A stretch of DNA of 64,000 bases from Macrostomum lignano (lineage: Eukaryota). The position numbers were made by a program, and so were the translations under genes. Below the pieces are notes generated by a model, which saw nothing but the letters and a program-made list of their open reading frames with translations, ran no database searches and had not been told where the DNA came from. The stretch is from positions 1-64,000 of the forward strand of contig NIVC01000992.1 of the NCBI GenBank assembly GCA_002269645.1, written 5' to 3'. Below, in pieces: positions 53,073 to 62,006 of this stretch. The first letter of the stretch is position 1, and every line of letters begins with the position of its first letter.

Positions 53073-53410
53073 ACTGCGGAGATATGAGCCCTATCTCTGT
53101 GCATTGGGGACGGCTAAGCACTGCAGAGATATGAGCTCTATCTCTGTGCATTGGGGACGGCTAAGCACTGCAGAGATATGAGCTCTATCTCTGTGCATTG
53201 GGGACGGCTAAGCACTGCAGAGATATGAGCTCTATCTCTGTGCATTGGGGACGGCTAAGCACTGCAGAGATATGAGCTCTATCTCTGTGCATTGGGGACG
53301 GCTAAGCACTGCAGAGATATGAGCTCTATCTCTGTGCATTGGGGACGGCTAAGCACTGCAGAGATATGAGCTCTATCTCTGTGCATTGGGGACGGCTAAG
53401 CACTGCGGAG
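53073..53410. repeat. 47-bp hairpin-containing tandem repeat, about 7 copies, bracketed by a 39-bp direct repeat (53011-53049 and 53424-53462)
   Basis: GCATTGGGGA recurs at 53101 and 53148. Each unit contains CAGAGATA-TGAGCTC-TATCTCTG. Confidence 0.95.
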
Positions 53411-53754
53411 ATAGAGGCGATTCATGATACTGCCGCACTAGCACTGGCGAGATAGGCGGCAAAAAGGATATAGGAAAAATACACTGCGGAGAGGATCCTA
53501 TCTCTGTGCATTGGGAACGGCTAAACATTGCAGAGATAAGAGGGGTGGCCAATCTCTGTGCTCTGTGTTAGGGTAAGGTTATAAAGTTTTACAACTGCAC
53601 AGAGGACGGCTGGTGTTGCTTACCTGGATAAGGGGACGGGGGGATACACTAATTACAGCCGGTGGCCTCTATAACGGTAAAGTAATTATTACCTGAGCAT
53701 GGCTGGATGTTCATATACGATATGATAAGGAGAGGGCATGCATGTACAAATTAC

Positions 53755-53762
53755 TATATAAG
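53755..53762 (+). promoter_or_regulatory. putative TATA box (TATATAAG) for the 53864 ORF
   Basis: Canonical TATA-type octamer about 100 bp upstream of the ATG. An identical TATATAAG lies at 51308-51315. Confidence 0.5.
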
Positions 53763-53863
53763 CAGCCACGCAAGTACAAATAAACAAATAGACAAAAACA
53801 AATTGTATAAAAGGATTTTTAAAAACCTTACTACTTCTAAAAAACAACTCTTTCTCTTTCAAA

Positions 53864-55123
53864 ATGAAAACTTTTAAAAGTTGTCATAGAGACCTCTATG
53901 AGGTCTGTATAAGCTGCGAAGTGTGCCTGCTTGGAGGCGTGTCCCCAAGACACCACGAGAATGAGAACTGTCTGGTCTCATGCTGGTTGGCATGCGACCA
54001 GTGCGGCACCGTCGAAGCTCTGCAGGAGGGAAAAATTCCAGCATATCATCGAGGACACAGGATCGTCAGCGATGACAAGAAAAAGCAAGAAAGTAACCGC
54101 TGGAAAGTAATCCGCGCCATCAAAAAGAGCAACGAGAGAGAAAAGAAGATCCAGCAGAAAAAGGGAGCCAGCAGGAGTCTGCTATCAGCTCACTTGAGTC
54201 AAGTAATTGACTCTACATTGAAGAGGATGAGGCCAAGCGGGTCTTCAGCAGCTGCAGAATTTGAAGTTGAGCTGTCTGCTGGAGTCGAGGCTGCTGGAGT
54301 CGAGGCTGCTGGAGTCGAGGCTGCTGGAGTCGAGGCTGCTGGAGTCGAGGCCGCTGGAGTCGAGGCTGCTGGAGTCGAGGCTGCTGGAGTCGAGGCTGCT
54401 GGAGTCGAGGCCGCTGGAGTCGAGGCTGCTGGAGTCGAGGCTGCTGGAGTCGAGGCTGCTGGAGTCGAGGCTGCTGCTGTCATAAACTTCATAGAGGAAG
54501 ATGTCCTGGATCAGTTCCTCAGGGAATTCAACGCTGGTCAGCAGCAGCAGCAACCTGTCTCTTCGGTTCCGGTGATTGCTGGAAAACAACTTCATCTAAT
54601 TGAAGACGACCACGAAATGGAAATCCTAGAAGAGGAGGGCAGCGACAATGAGTCGCATAATGCAATTGTGCCACCTGCAGCTCCAGCCGCCCCAGCTGCT
54701 CTGGCCGCCCCAGCTGCTCTGGCCGCCCCAGCTGCTCTGGCCGCCCCAGCTGCTCTGGCCGCCCCAGCTGCTCTGTCCGCCCCAGCTGCTCTGGCCGCCC
54801 CAGCTGCTCTGGCCGCCCCAGCTGCTCCAGCCGCCCCAGCTGCTCTGGCCGCCCCAGCTGCTCCAGCCGCCCCAGCTGCTCTGGCCGCCCCAGCTGCTCT
54901 GGCCGCCCCAGCTGCTCTGGCCGCCCCAGCTGCTCCAGCCGCCCCAGCTGCTCTGGCTGCCCCAGCTGCTCCAGCCGCCCCAGCTGCAGCCTCTACAATT
55001 CCAGCTTCTCAATCCGAAACTCCACCCGTGCCAGCTGGAGTTGCCTTCTTTCTGCCTCCTGTCGGCGGGGCTGGGTACGAGGTAACGATTTTCGAAAATC
55101 GTATTAGAATTGTGCCGCTGTGA
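53864..55123 (+). CDS. Polinton hypothetical protein (419 aa): Cys/His-rich N-terminus, basic segment, GVEAA and PAALAA repeats, acidic region
   Basis: ATG-initiated ORF with non-repetitive N- and C-terminal parts. CISCEVC..HH..CLVSC..CDQC..HRGH cluster. Both repeat arrays (15-bp and 18/9-bp units) preserve frame. Confidence 0.7.
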   Translation: MKTFKSCHRDLYEVCISCEVCLLGGVSPRHHENENCLVSCWLACDQCGTVEALQEGKIPAYHRGHRIVSDDKKKQESNRWKVIRAIKKSNEREKKIQQKKGASRSLLSAHLSQVIDSTLKRMRPSGSSAAAEFEVELSAGVEAAGVEAAGVEAAGVEAAGVEAAGVEAAGVEAAGVEAAGVEAAGVEAAGVEAAGVEAAGVEAAAVINFIEEDVLDQFLREFNAGQQQQQPVSSVPVIAGKQLHLIEDDHEMEILEEEGSDNESHNAIVPPAAPAAPAALAAPAALAAPAALAAPAALAAPAALSAPAALAAPAALAAPAAPAAPAALAAPAAPAAPAALAAPAALAAPAALAAPAAPAAPAALAAPAAPAAPAAASTIPASQSETPPVPAGVAFFLPPVGGAGYEVTIFENRIRIVPL

Positions 55124-56007
55124 CTAAGCAATTTTTGTACTTTTTTGCTTTCTGTGTGGAGTGAGAAATCTACCCATTTATTGCAATTATTGCTAAAACT
55201 TTATTTCAACTAGCTTTTTAAAGTTGAAAGTAGGTACATTAATTAATGATTTGATCATCTCATAACTCTGTATTCGCTTCTAGGAATCTTGCTTATAAGT
55301 TTTCAGTTTTCATTTCCAAATTAGTTTTAAAAAAAGCTCGTAGCTCGTAGTGGCAACCAATATTTTTTTGGTATCCGAGGTAAAAAAATTATTTGAAAAG
55401 TAGGTGAAACATTATACAGTTGAATTTAACAAATTAAAATCAACATAACATACTTTCAATAAATTGGTGATGGTTTCGTATGCTTGGTGCGATTGATTAG
55501 GTATAATTTTCTTTCTACTGCTTTGACGCGGTGTTTCCTCATTCTTTAATTATTGAACTTTTCAGCTATATTTCTGCTTCTAAACTCTCGTCTGTATTTT
55601 TAATTCATTGTTCCATGCATTGTTTATTGACTATGATTGCACCATGTGAATTCGATAATTTTTTAAAAAAATATATACATATAATGTCAGCATTTTTCCA
55701 CTCGGTGATTGGTTTGTTAATTAACTATTGGCTTCATTTTGCATTTTTTACCGATTGAGTCTGCGTAGGAGGCAAATAGAAACGAACTTTTACGAATAGG
55801 GATCAATAGAATATGCATGCAGAGAGCTAGCTTAAGGGAGAACCAAAAAAATATAACCAGCATCTACTAGCTTGTAAGTGTGGATATTGTACCAGTATTG
55901 CAGCAATAAAGACTTACGAAAAAGATTTCCAATATTCACTCCCAGTTGCTTATGACACTCAGTTGCAGCCAGTAAACACTGTCAGCTTTTAACTGCTTGC
56001 CTTTTCT

Positions 56008-56422
56008 ATGGTTGAGCACTCCTGGATGGAGCAGGAGAATGACCACTCATGGATGGAGAATGACCACTCATGGATGGAGAATGACCACTCATGGATGGAG
56101 AATGACCACTCATGGATGGAGAATGGCCACTCGTGGATGGAGGATGACCACTCGTGGATCGAGTATGACCACCCTTGGGTGGACCATGACGTCAGCAGCG
56201 AGTCAGCAGCCAGCAGCGAGTCGGCAGCCAGCAGCGAGTCGGCAGCCAGCAGCGAGTCGGCAGCCAGCAGCGAGTCAGCAGCCAGCAGCGAGTCAGCAGC
56301 CAGCAGCGAGTCAGCAGCCAGCAGCGAGTCAGCAGCCAGCAGCGAGTCAGCAGCCAGCAGCGAGTCAGCAGCCAGCAGCGAGTCAGCAGCCAACAGCGAG
56401 TCGGTGACTGATGCACACCAAG
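56008..56422 (+). CDS. repeat-rich exon/ORF (DHSWMEN and SSESAA repeats), possibly spliced to the PolB N-terminus
   Basis: The ORF track gives 56008-56505. A strong donor CAAG|GTAAGT lies at 56423; splicing to the CAG acceptor ending at 56654 is in frame with PolB. Confidence 0.45.
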
Positions 56423-56845
56423 GTAAGTGCCTTTATTTATCCTTTTCAACTTACTTAAAAATTTTCTTATCAATGCGATGTATATTATGCAGTCTAAAAT
56501 TTTAGTCCAAAGAATGGGAGAAGGGGAGATAAAAGACTTTATACCGGTAGGGTTGTACATGTATGCTTGGGTACAGACGTTTAGTTTAGTATCTTTGATA
56601 TTTGAAACTATAGGCAGCAAAAAACAAAAATATTATCCTAAAACCACAAACCAGGTTCAACAGTCAGCTTCAGCAGAGTTGCCCAAGCCTATGATCAATC
56701 ACTGGAAATACTGAGGCTCAGATCGAGTCACCCAGACACGCTTCCGTCAGAATTTTTTGTCCAAGCTGGAGACAAAATTATTGAGGCAGTTCAGCAAAGA
56801 ATTTCAAGACATCATTACAAAGTTCAGCTAAAGGCGAATATTCGA

Positions 56846-57376
56846 ATGGTCCGAATAAGAGATGGGGAGATGCTTGCCGAAGAGGACAGATGGATAAGCT
56901 GTAAAATGCAGGCCCTAGACCTAGGTGGTGAAGCAGGCCGTTTAAACAACTGGTTGATTGAGCAGGAGCAGGAGTTGGAGAGGATCTGTAGTATGATTAA
57001 TACGAACGGCAGTGGCTGGACAATTAAACAAATTAATTTTCTAGACATCAACCTTGCCAGGTACAATCCAATTCGATTTCGCCAGGGCAGAGCCGTTAGA
57101 TTCAATCTTCCTGCCAGTTTGAAGAACAAAAAGGCTGTTATCAATCCACCGAGCACAGGCAAAGACTGTTTCCTGTACGCCTGTCTCGCTGCACTGCACA
57201 GCGCCGATCCGAAAGTTCAGAAATCGCCCAACAGAATATCCTCTTACGATGAATGGTTGCGTGAGCTGGACTTTGCAGAAATCTCCATGCCAGTGAGTGT
57301 CGCTGATATCGATCGCGTCGAGTCTAAAATCCAGGAATTTGCATTTCTGCGTTCTCTTGGCAGCAGGGCAGTGTGA
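56846..57376 (+). CDS. N-terminal part of the Polinton DNA polymerase B (frameshifted from the main ORF)
   Basis: GSGW, KAVINP...DCFLYACLAALH and RISSY motifs are typical of the Polinton PolB N-terminus. The frame is open from 56642. Adding one A to the AAAA at 57326-57329 gives SKNPGICISAFSWQQGSVTLL and fuses to the 57373 ORF. Confidence 0.85.
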   Translation: MVRIRDGEMLAEEDRWISCKMQALDLGGEAGRLNNWLIEQEQELERICSMINTNGSGWTIKQINFLDINLARYNPIRFRQGRAVRFNLPASLKNKKAVINPPSTGKDCFLYACLAALHSADPKVQKSPNRISSYDEWLRELDFAEISMPVSVADIDRVESKIQEFAFLRSLGSRAV

Positions 57377-60303
57377 CTCTTCTCCGTCGCCGCAAGCATG
57401 AGTCAGATGACCGAAGACACCTCATGCTTTTGCTAGTTAAAGACAGCTACGGATCGGAGCACTGGTGTGCAATTACTAATTTTGACAGGTTAATGAACAG
57501 TCGTAATGGTCCCGCCATGAGGAAGTGGTGCACGAAATGTTTAACATCATTTTATAGCAACGAGAGGCTTCAAGAGCACAGGAACGAATGCAGCATTACT
57601 GCAGAAAATCCTGTCAAAGAAACGCTTCCAGTTCCAGGACAGAATGAAATAAAGTTCCGAAACTGTCAAAACACTGTCAGTCCACCATTCGTTGCCTATG
57701 CCGACCTGGAAGCCATTTTGCGAGCGAACACAGACCCTGCTAACCTGATCTCAAAGCATGAACCATGTGCAGCAGCTTTTCTTGCAGTGCCTCGTGAAGG
57801 CATGACAGGACCTCCGCTTAGGCCAGAAGGAGACATGTACAAGGTCTTTTGCAATGCGGACCCTGATGAGTGTATCCTTGGTTTTCTCAAATCTCTTGAA
57901 AGCCTGGCTCAGGATATATTTCACTGGAACCAGAAGCATAGCCACCAGCCGGCTGACCGATCATCCGCGACCGTCATGGATGATTTCAATTCTGCTGAGG
58001 TATGTCACTACTGCAAGAAGAACTTTAAAAGTTCTACAGATAAACATTTTGACCACGATCATTTAAATGGACAGTACAAAGGTGCAGCATGTCAAGAATG
58101 CAACCTGCGAGCACAGCTCCGACGCCGGTTTCTGCCCCTGGTTTTTCACAACTTAGGCGGCTACGACCTTCATCTTCTACTTTCCACTGCGCTTGGGAGC
58201 ATGAAAAATTGGAAACTTAGTGTTGTTCCGCAATCATCCGAGCGATACTTGTCACTAAGGGCGGAATTCCCTGTTGCAAGTTACGTAAAGAACGGAAAAG
58301 TTGTGCCAATCATGTTTACAATTCAGTTCATCGACTCGCTCTGCTTTTTGAAGGGAAGTTTGTCCAATTTGTTTGCTAATCTTCCCGAAGCTGAATGCAA
58401 GCTGACAATGCAAATGCTTGAGTCAAGACCACATCTTTCAAGAGAGCTACTTCGAAAAAAAGGGATTTTCCCATATGATTACCTCACAGGATTTGAGATT
58501 CTCGAGCAGTCGGTTTTGCCACCTAAAGATGCTTTTTTTAATCGACTTTCCGATAGGGGAATTTCCGACGACGACTACAATAGAGCAAGAGCGGCATGGG
58601 CGGCATTTCAATGCAAAAGTTTGAAGGATTATATGCTCGCCTATCTTGAAATGGATGTAAGGCAGCTGGCTGACATTTTCGAGACATTCCGACAGGCCAG
58701 TCTGAAAGAGGACGGATTGGATCCGGTACACTACTTTACTACTCCTGGTTTGTCTTACGACTCAGCTCTAAAGTCGACTGGAGTGGTTCTAGAGCAGCTG
58801 ACTGATGCTGACATGTATCATCTGTTTGAGAAGGGAATACGAGGAGGCATGTCCTTCATTAATGTGCATTGCGTCAAAGGTAATAATCCTAGCTTGCCAG
58901 GTTATGATGATCAGCAAGAGAGTGTAAGCCTCATGCCGATCGATATGAACAACTTGTATGGCTTTGCCCTGTCGCTTCCGCTTCCATGCAGGGAATTCAG
59001 GTGGGTACCGGAACAGGAAATCCAGTTCTGGGACTCCAATCGGTTTCTGTCACTCAATCCAGAAGCCGAGATCGCCTACCTTGTTCAACTCGATCTAGAA
59101 TACCCAGCTGAGATTCACGATTCGACTCAGGAGTTACCGTTTGCACCTGAAAAATCAAAACCACAGCCAGATCAATTCTCGCCGTACATGGCCGAACTAT
59201 GGAAAGAGATTGCTGAACAGCGAACTGGCAATGCTGAAGCTAAGTTTCAAGCAACGGAGAAGCTTCTACTCACCTGTACCGACAAGGATTCTTACGTAGT
59301 TCACAGCACCGTTTTAAGATTTTACCTGCAACACGGAATGCGGATCAAGTGCGTCAAAAAAATGATTTCGTTCAAGCAGGAAAATATTTTCGCGCCGTAC
59401 ATTGCCAGCAACAATGAAAAAAGAGCTTTGGCAACTTCCGAGTTTGCTAAGGATTTTTACAAATTGAAAAACAATTCTCTCTTTGGAAAAACTATGGAGA
59501 ACGTTCGAAAAAGATGCGATGTTCGAATTTGCACTAACCAGACTCAAGCAGAAACTTGCGCCTCTCGACCAAACTGTGCCGCATTCTCGATTATCAATGA
59601 GTCGTTGAGCATTTTTCAGCTCAAAAAAGATAAAGTCACGCTTGACAAGGCCATTTTCGTTGGCCAGGCAGTTCTCGATCTCTCTAAGATGGCCATGTAC
59701 AGCCTACTATATGACAGGCTCCGACCGCTGTTCTGTCATTCAGACGGTTCCAGAGACATGATGCTTTGCGGAGGTGATACTGACTCATTTTTTCTAGCTT
59801 TCAAGAATCATGATTTAACATCGGAGGTAATCCCGAAGCTTAGAGAGGAAAAAATACTTGACACATCCAACTATTCTCGAGACCATCCGCATTTCTCTGA
59901 AGAGTTAAAAGGAAAGCTGGGCTGCGTTAAAGATGAATCTGCTGGTGGAATTTACCAGGAGTGGATTCTTTTGCGTCCAAAACTTTATTCGTTTCTCCCT
60001 GCCGAGAATTCGAGTGCAAAGATCAAGAAAACTGCCAAAGGCGTGAAGCAGTCAGTAGTAAGACAGCAAATTTCGCATGCGAACTATGTCGACGCGTTCG
60101 AGTCCAAGCAAGAGCAGATGGTTGCCATGACAGCGATTGTTTCCAAGAAACACGAAATCTTCACGTCGGTCATGGAGAAAAGAAGCCTATCGGTGTGGGA
60201 GGATAAGCGAGTGTGGCTTAGCAGTAATCGAAGCCTGCCCTACGGACACTATGCGCTGACGCCCGCATCCCACGATCAGCTGAAGCGCATCCGACTGGTC
60301 TAG
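57373..60303 (+). CDS. protein-primed family B DNA polymerase (Polinton pPolB)
   Basis: C2H2-like CTKC..H..C. Endonuclease-VII-like CHYC..DHDHLNG.YKGAAC..CN. Exonuclease motifs YADLEA, FHNLGGYD, FIDS, KGIFPYDY and Y...DV. Polymerase motifs GIRGG, DMNNLYG, KLKNNSLFGK, DTDS and KGV. Confidence 0.97.
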   Translation: MTLLRRRKHESDDRRHLMLLLVKDSYGSEHWCAITNFDRLMNSRNGPAMRKWCTKCLTSFYSNERLQEHRNECSITAENPVKETLPVPGQNEIKFRNCQNTVSPPFVAYADLEAILRANTDPANLISKHEPCAAAFLAVPREGMTGPPLRPEGDMYKVFCNADPDECILGFLKSLESLAQDIFHWNQKHSHQPADRSSATVMDDFNSAEVCHYCKKNFKSSTDKHFDHDHLNGQYKGAACQECNLRAQLRRRFLPLVFHNLGGYDLHLLLSTALGSMKNWKLSVVPQSSERYLSLRAEFPVASYVKNGKVVPIMFTIQFIDSLCFLKGSLSNLFANLPEAECKLTMQMLESRPHLSRELLRKKGIFPYDYLTGFEILEQSVLPPKDAFFNRLSDRGISDDDYNRARAAWAAFQCKSLKDYMLAYLEMDVRQLADIFETFRQASLKEDGLDPVHYFTTPGLSYDSALKSTGVVLEQLTDADMYHLFEKGIRGGMSFINVHCVKGNNPSLPGYDDQQESVSLMPIDMNNLYGFALSLPLPCREFRWVPEQEIQFWDSNRFLSLNPEAEIAYLVQLDLEYPAEIHDSTQELPFAPEKSKPQPDQFSPYMAELWKEIAEQRTGNAEAKFQATEKLLLTCTDKDSYVVHSTVLRFYLQHGMRIKCVKKMISFKQENIFAPYIASNNEKRALATSEFAKDFYKLKNNSLFGKTMENVRKRCDVRICTNQTQAETCASRPNCAAFSIINESLSIFQLKKDKVTLDKAIFVGQAVLDLSKMAMYSLLYDRLRPLFCHSDGSRDMMLCGGDTDSFFLAFKNHDLTSEVIPKLREEKILDTSNYSRDHPHFSEELKGKLGCVKDESAGGIYQEWILLRPKLYSFLPAENSSAKIKKTAKGVKQSVVRQQISHANYVDAFESKQEQMVAMTAIVSKKHEIFTSVMEKRSLSVWEDKRVWLSSNRSLPYGHYALTPASHDQLKRIRLV

Positions 60304-60877
60304 TGCGGGTGTTTAACAGACTGTTTAGTACTTTTTCTTGCTTTTAGAGTTGTTTAAATTGCCAAATTCTGTTTTAAATGTAGTGACTTGCATGTAGTAA
60401 CTTTTACAAATTTGTATGCTTGGCTAATTGCGCTAGATTTAGCTGTCAATTTGTTTTTGCGGCGTGAAATATTGATATCAATTTAAGTTTTACTTTTTAT
60501 AAAGCTGTGGCAAGTGCGCTCATACAATATTAATTCATTTTTGTTTGCTTTGTGTACTACTTGTTTAAAATGTGTTTTTGGTTTTTATCTGACATAAATT
60601 GTTCCTGTAAATTCAATCAGCGTTTTAATCATATTTTCTCTATCACTTTTCTATTTCTCTTCTCTCGGTGCACATCGTTTGTTATAACGATGGTAGTATT
60701 GTTTACTTTCGGATTTGATATGCGTTTTGCGATACTTTTGGTGATGGGCTAAATACGTTTTTGAAGTGTTCCATAGCTGTCTACCTGGGAAAATGAATGT
60801 AAAGAATACTAAGTTTATCCTTTTATTCACTTTTCACTAATCATTGAAATATTTGCGGCAAATTGCTTGACTTGACT

Positions 60878-60889
60878 TTTATTTTTATT
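60878..60889 (-). terminator. tandem AATAAA polyadenylation signals at the end of the TBP-like gene
   Basis: The minus strand reads GAATAAAAATAAAAG, with the first AATAAA overlapping the TAA stop. A further AATAAA lies near 60820. Confidence 0.6.
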
Positions 60890-61457
60890 CAATGGAAAGA
60901 ACTACATTGAGTAGACGCATGCTATCGGTATGCAACTGATTCAAGGACCGAGCTCTACTGAGAACAAAAGAGCCGCTGTGAAAAAGCAGACATTTACAAA
61001 AGTTTAAATTGAAAATTAAAGCAGAAAAGGATTCTGGTTCATATTCGGCGTTTGGGATAATTGATTTTAACATTAATAAGGAAAGTGCGGAATGAACTGG
61101 GAGCTGTCCATGAGCAGTAATAGTTTTAATTCGAACACAAATTGTTTGATGAGGCAGCAGTTGAGCCGGCACTCTCCGATGCAGCATAGCCACGAAGCGA
61201 CGGGCAGCCCTTTTGGCGTCTGCGTGGGTCTTGGCACCGCAGATGCTCAGTTGCCCAGTAGGGTAGAGTAGCAGAGTCACTCTGGGACTTCGCATCCGCT
61301 TGATGAGCACCCGGGGCCAGACGGGCCGGTAGATCACATGAGCCATGCTGAGAGCCAGTTCCCGTAGAGGCAGCTGAGCGCCCCTGCCACCATCCAGTCT
61401 CAGATCTACTCCGCCAACCAGATTGGTCACTCTTAGGGCTGTAGCTGGTGGGCTCAT
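60885..61457 (-). CDS. TATA-box-binding-protein (TBP)-like protein encoded by the Polinton (about 190 aa from ATG 61457)
   Basis: Both TBP repeats align by eye. Repeat 1: VTNLVGGVDL..LRELAL...IYRP..VLIKRMRSPRVTLLLYPTGQLSICGAKT..AKRAARRF, versus TBP [55 protein letters not shown]. Repeat 2: YEPESFSALIF..LLFHSGSFVLSRAR, versus YEPELFPGLIY..LIFVSGKVVLTGAK. The track start at 61496 is a TTG; an in-frame stop lies at 61533-61535. Confidence 0.9.
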   Translation of the reverse strand: MSPPATALRVTNLVGGVDLRLDGGRGAQLPLRELALSMAHVIYRPVWPRVLIKRMRSPRVTLLLYPTGQLSICGAKTHADAKRAARRFVAMLHRRVPAQLLPHQTICVRIKTITAHGQLPVHSALSLLMLKSIIPNAEYEPESFSALIFNLNFCKCLLFHSGSFVLSRARSLNQLHTDSMRLLNVVLSIE

Positions 61458-61977
61458 TTCGATCGTCAACTTCTTCACCAAATCTGCTTCTGCCAACTTT
61501 ACTGCTCGTGTGCCACGGACACTGCTCGCTTCTTAAGTTGATGCAGAACTTTGGCTTAAGCCAACTGTAGTGCAGCAACGAATTTCTCACTGCACAGCCA
61601 GTATCTGAATCTTCAGTCGAGGGTGCTCCCAAATCTTCTAGGTTATAAACCTGTCTTCCAAGCAGCTCAGTCAGAAAAATCGACTTCCTTTCCCCATTTG
61701 ACCAGATCGGACCACTGGCAATGCTCAGAATGTCTTCCGCCAGTTCCATGTACGGACGGGTTCCATCATTCCACTTAAACTGGTGCAGACTCTTAGATAG
61801 CTGTCTGTAGTAAACTCGCATGTCAGGTGAGACTCTCTCCCATGGATACGGAGGTGCGTACACATGGTGAGCAATGCGGTAGCTCCCCGCTCTGATTTGA
61901 ACAACTGCCAACTCCTTCACAACAAATTTTTTGCCTGTGCTGTTGCACGGAAATCCTTGGAAGTCAATGTAGTTCAT
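61126..61977 (-). CDS. DEDD/DnaQ-like nuclease-fold protein of the type found in Polintons; homologous part about 61540-61977, C-terminal extension overlaps the TBP-like gene
   Basis: Motifs IDFQGF..FVVKELAV..H..PPYPW, HQFKWNDG..PY, NLEDLGAP and CAVRN..W. The family assignment is from motif memory. Confidence 0.6.
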   Translation of the reverse strand: MNYIDFQGFPCNSTGKKFVVKELAVVQIRAGSYRIAHHVYAPPYPWERVSPDMRVYYRQLSKSLHQFKWNDGTRPYMELAEDILSIASGPIWSNGERKSIFLTELLGRQVYNLEDLGAPSTEDSDTGCAVRNSLLHYSWLKPKFCINLRSEQCPWHTSSKVGRSRFGEEVDDRNEPTSYSPKSDQSGWRSRSETGWWQGRSAASTGTGSQHGSCDLPARLAPGAHQADAKSQSDSATLPYWATEHLRCQDPRRRQKGCPSLRGYAASESAGSTAASSNNLCSN

Positions 61978-62006
61978 GATGCAGCTTTCCTTCGAAAATT
62001 TCGGAG

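Noticed and set aside
53073-53410. Palindromic 47-bp repeats resembling a CRISPR array
   Set aside because: The units are contiguous with no unique spacers, no cas genes are present, and the context is eukaryotic.
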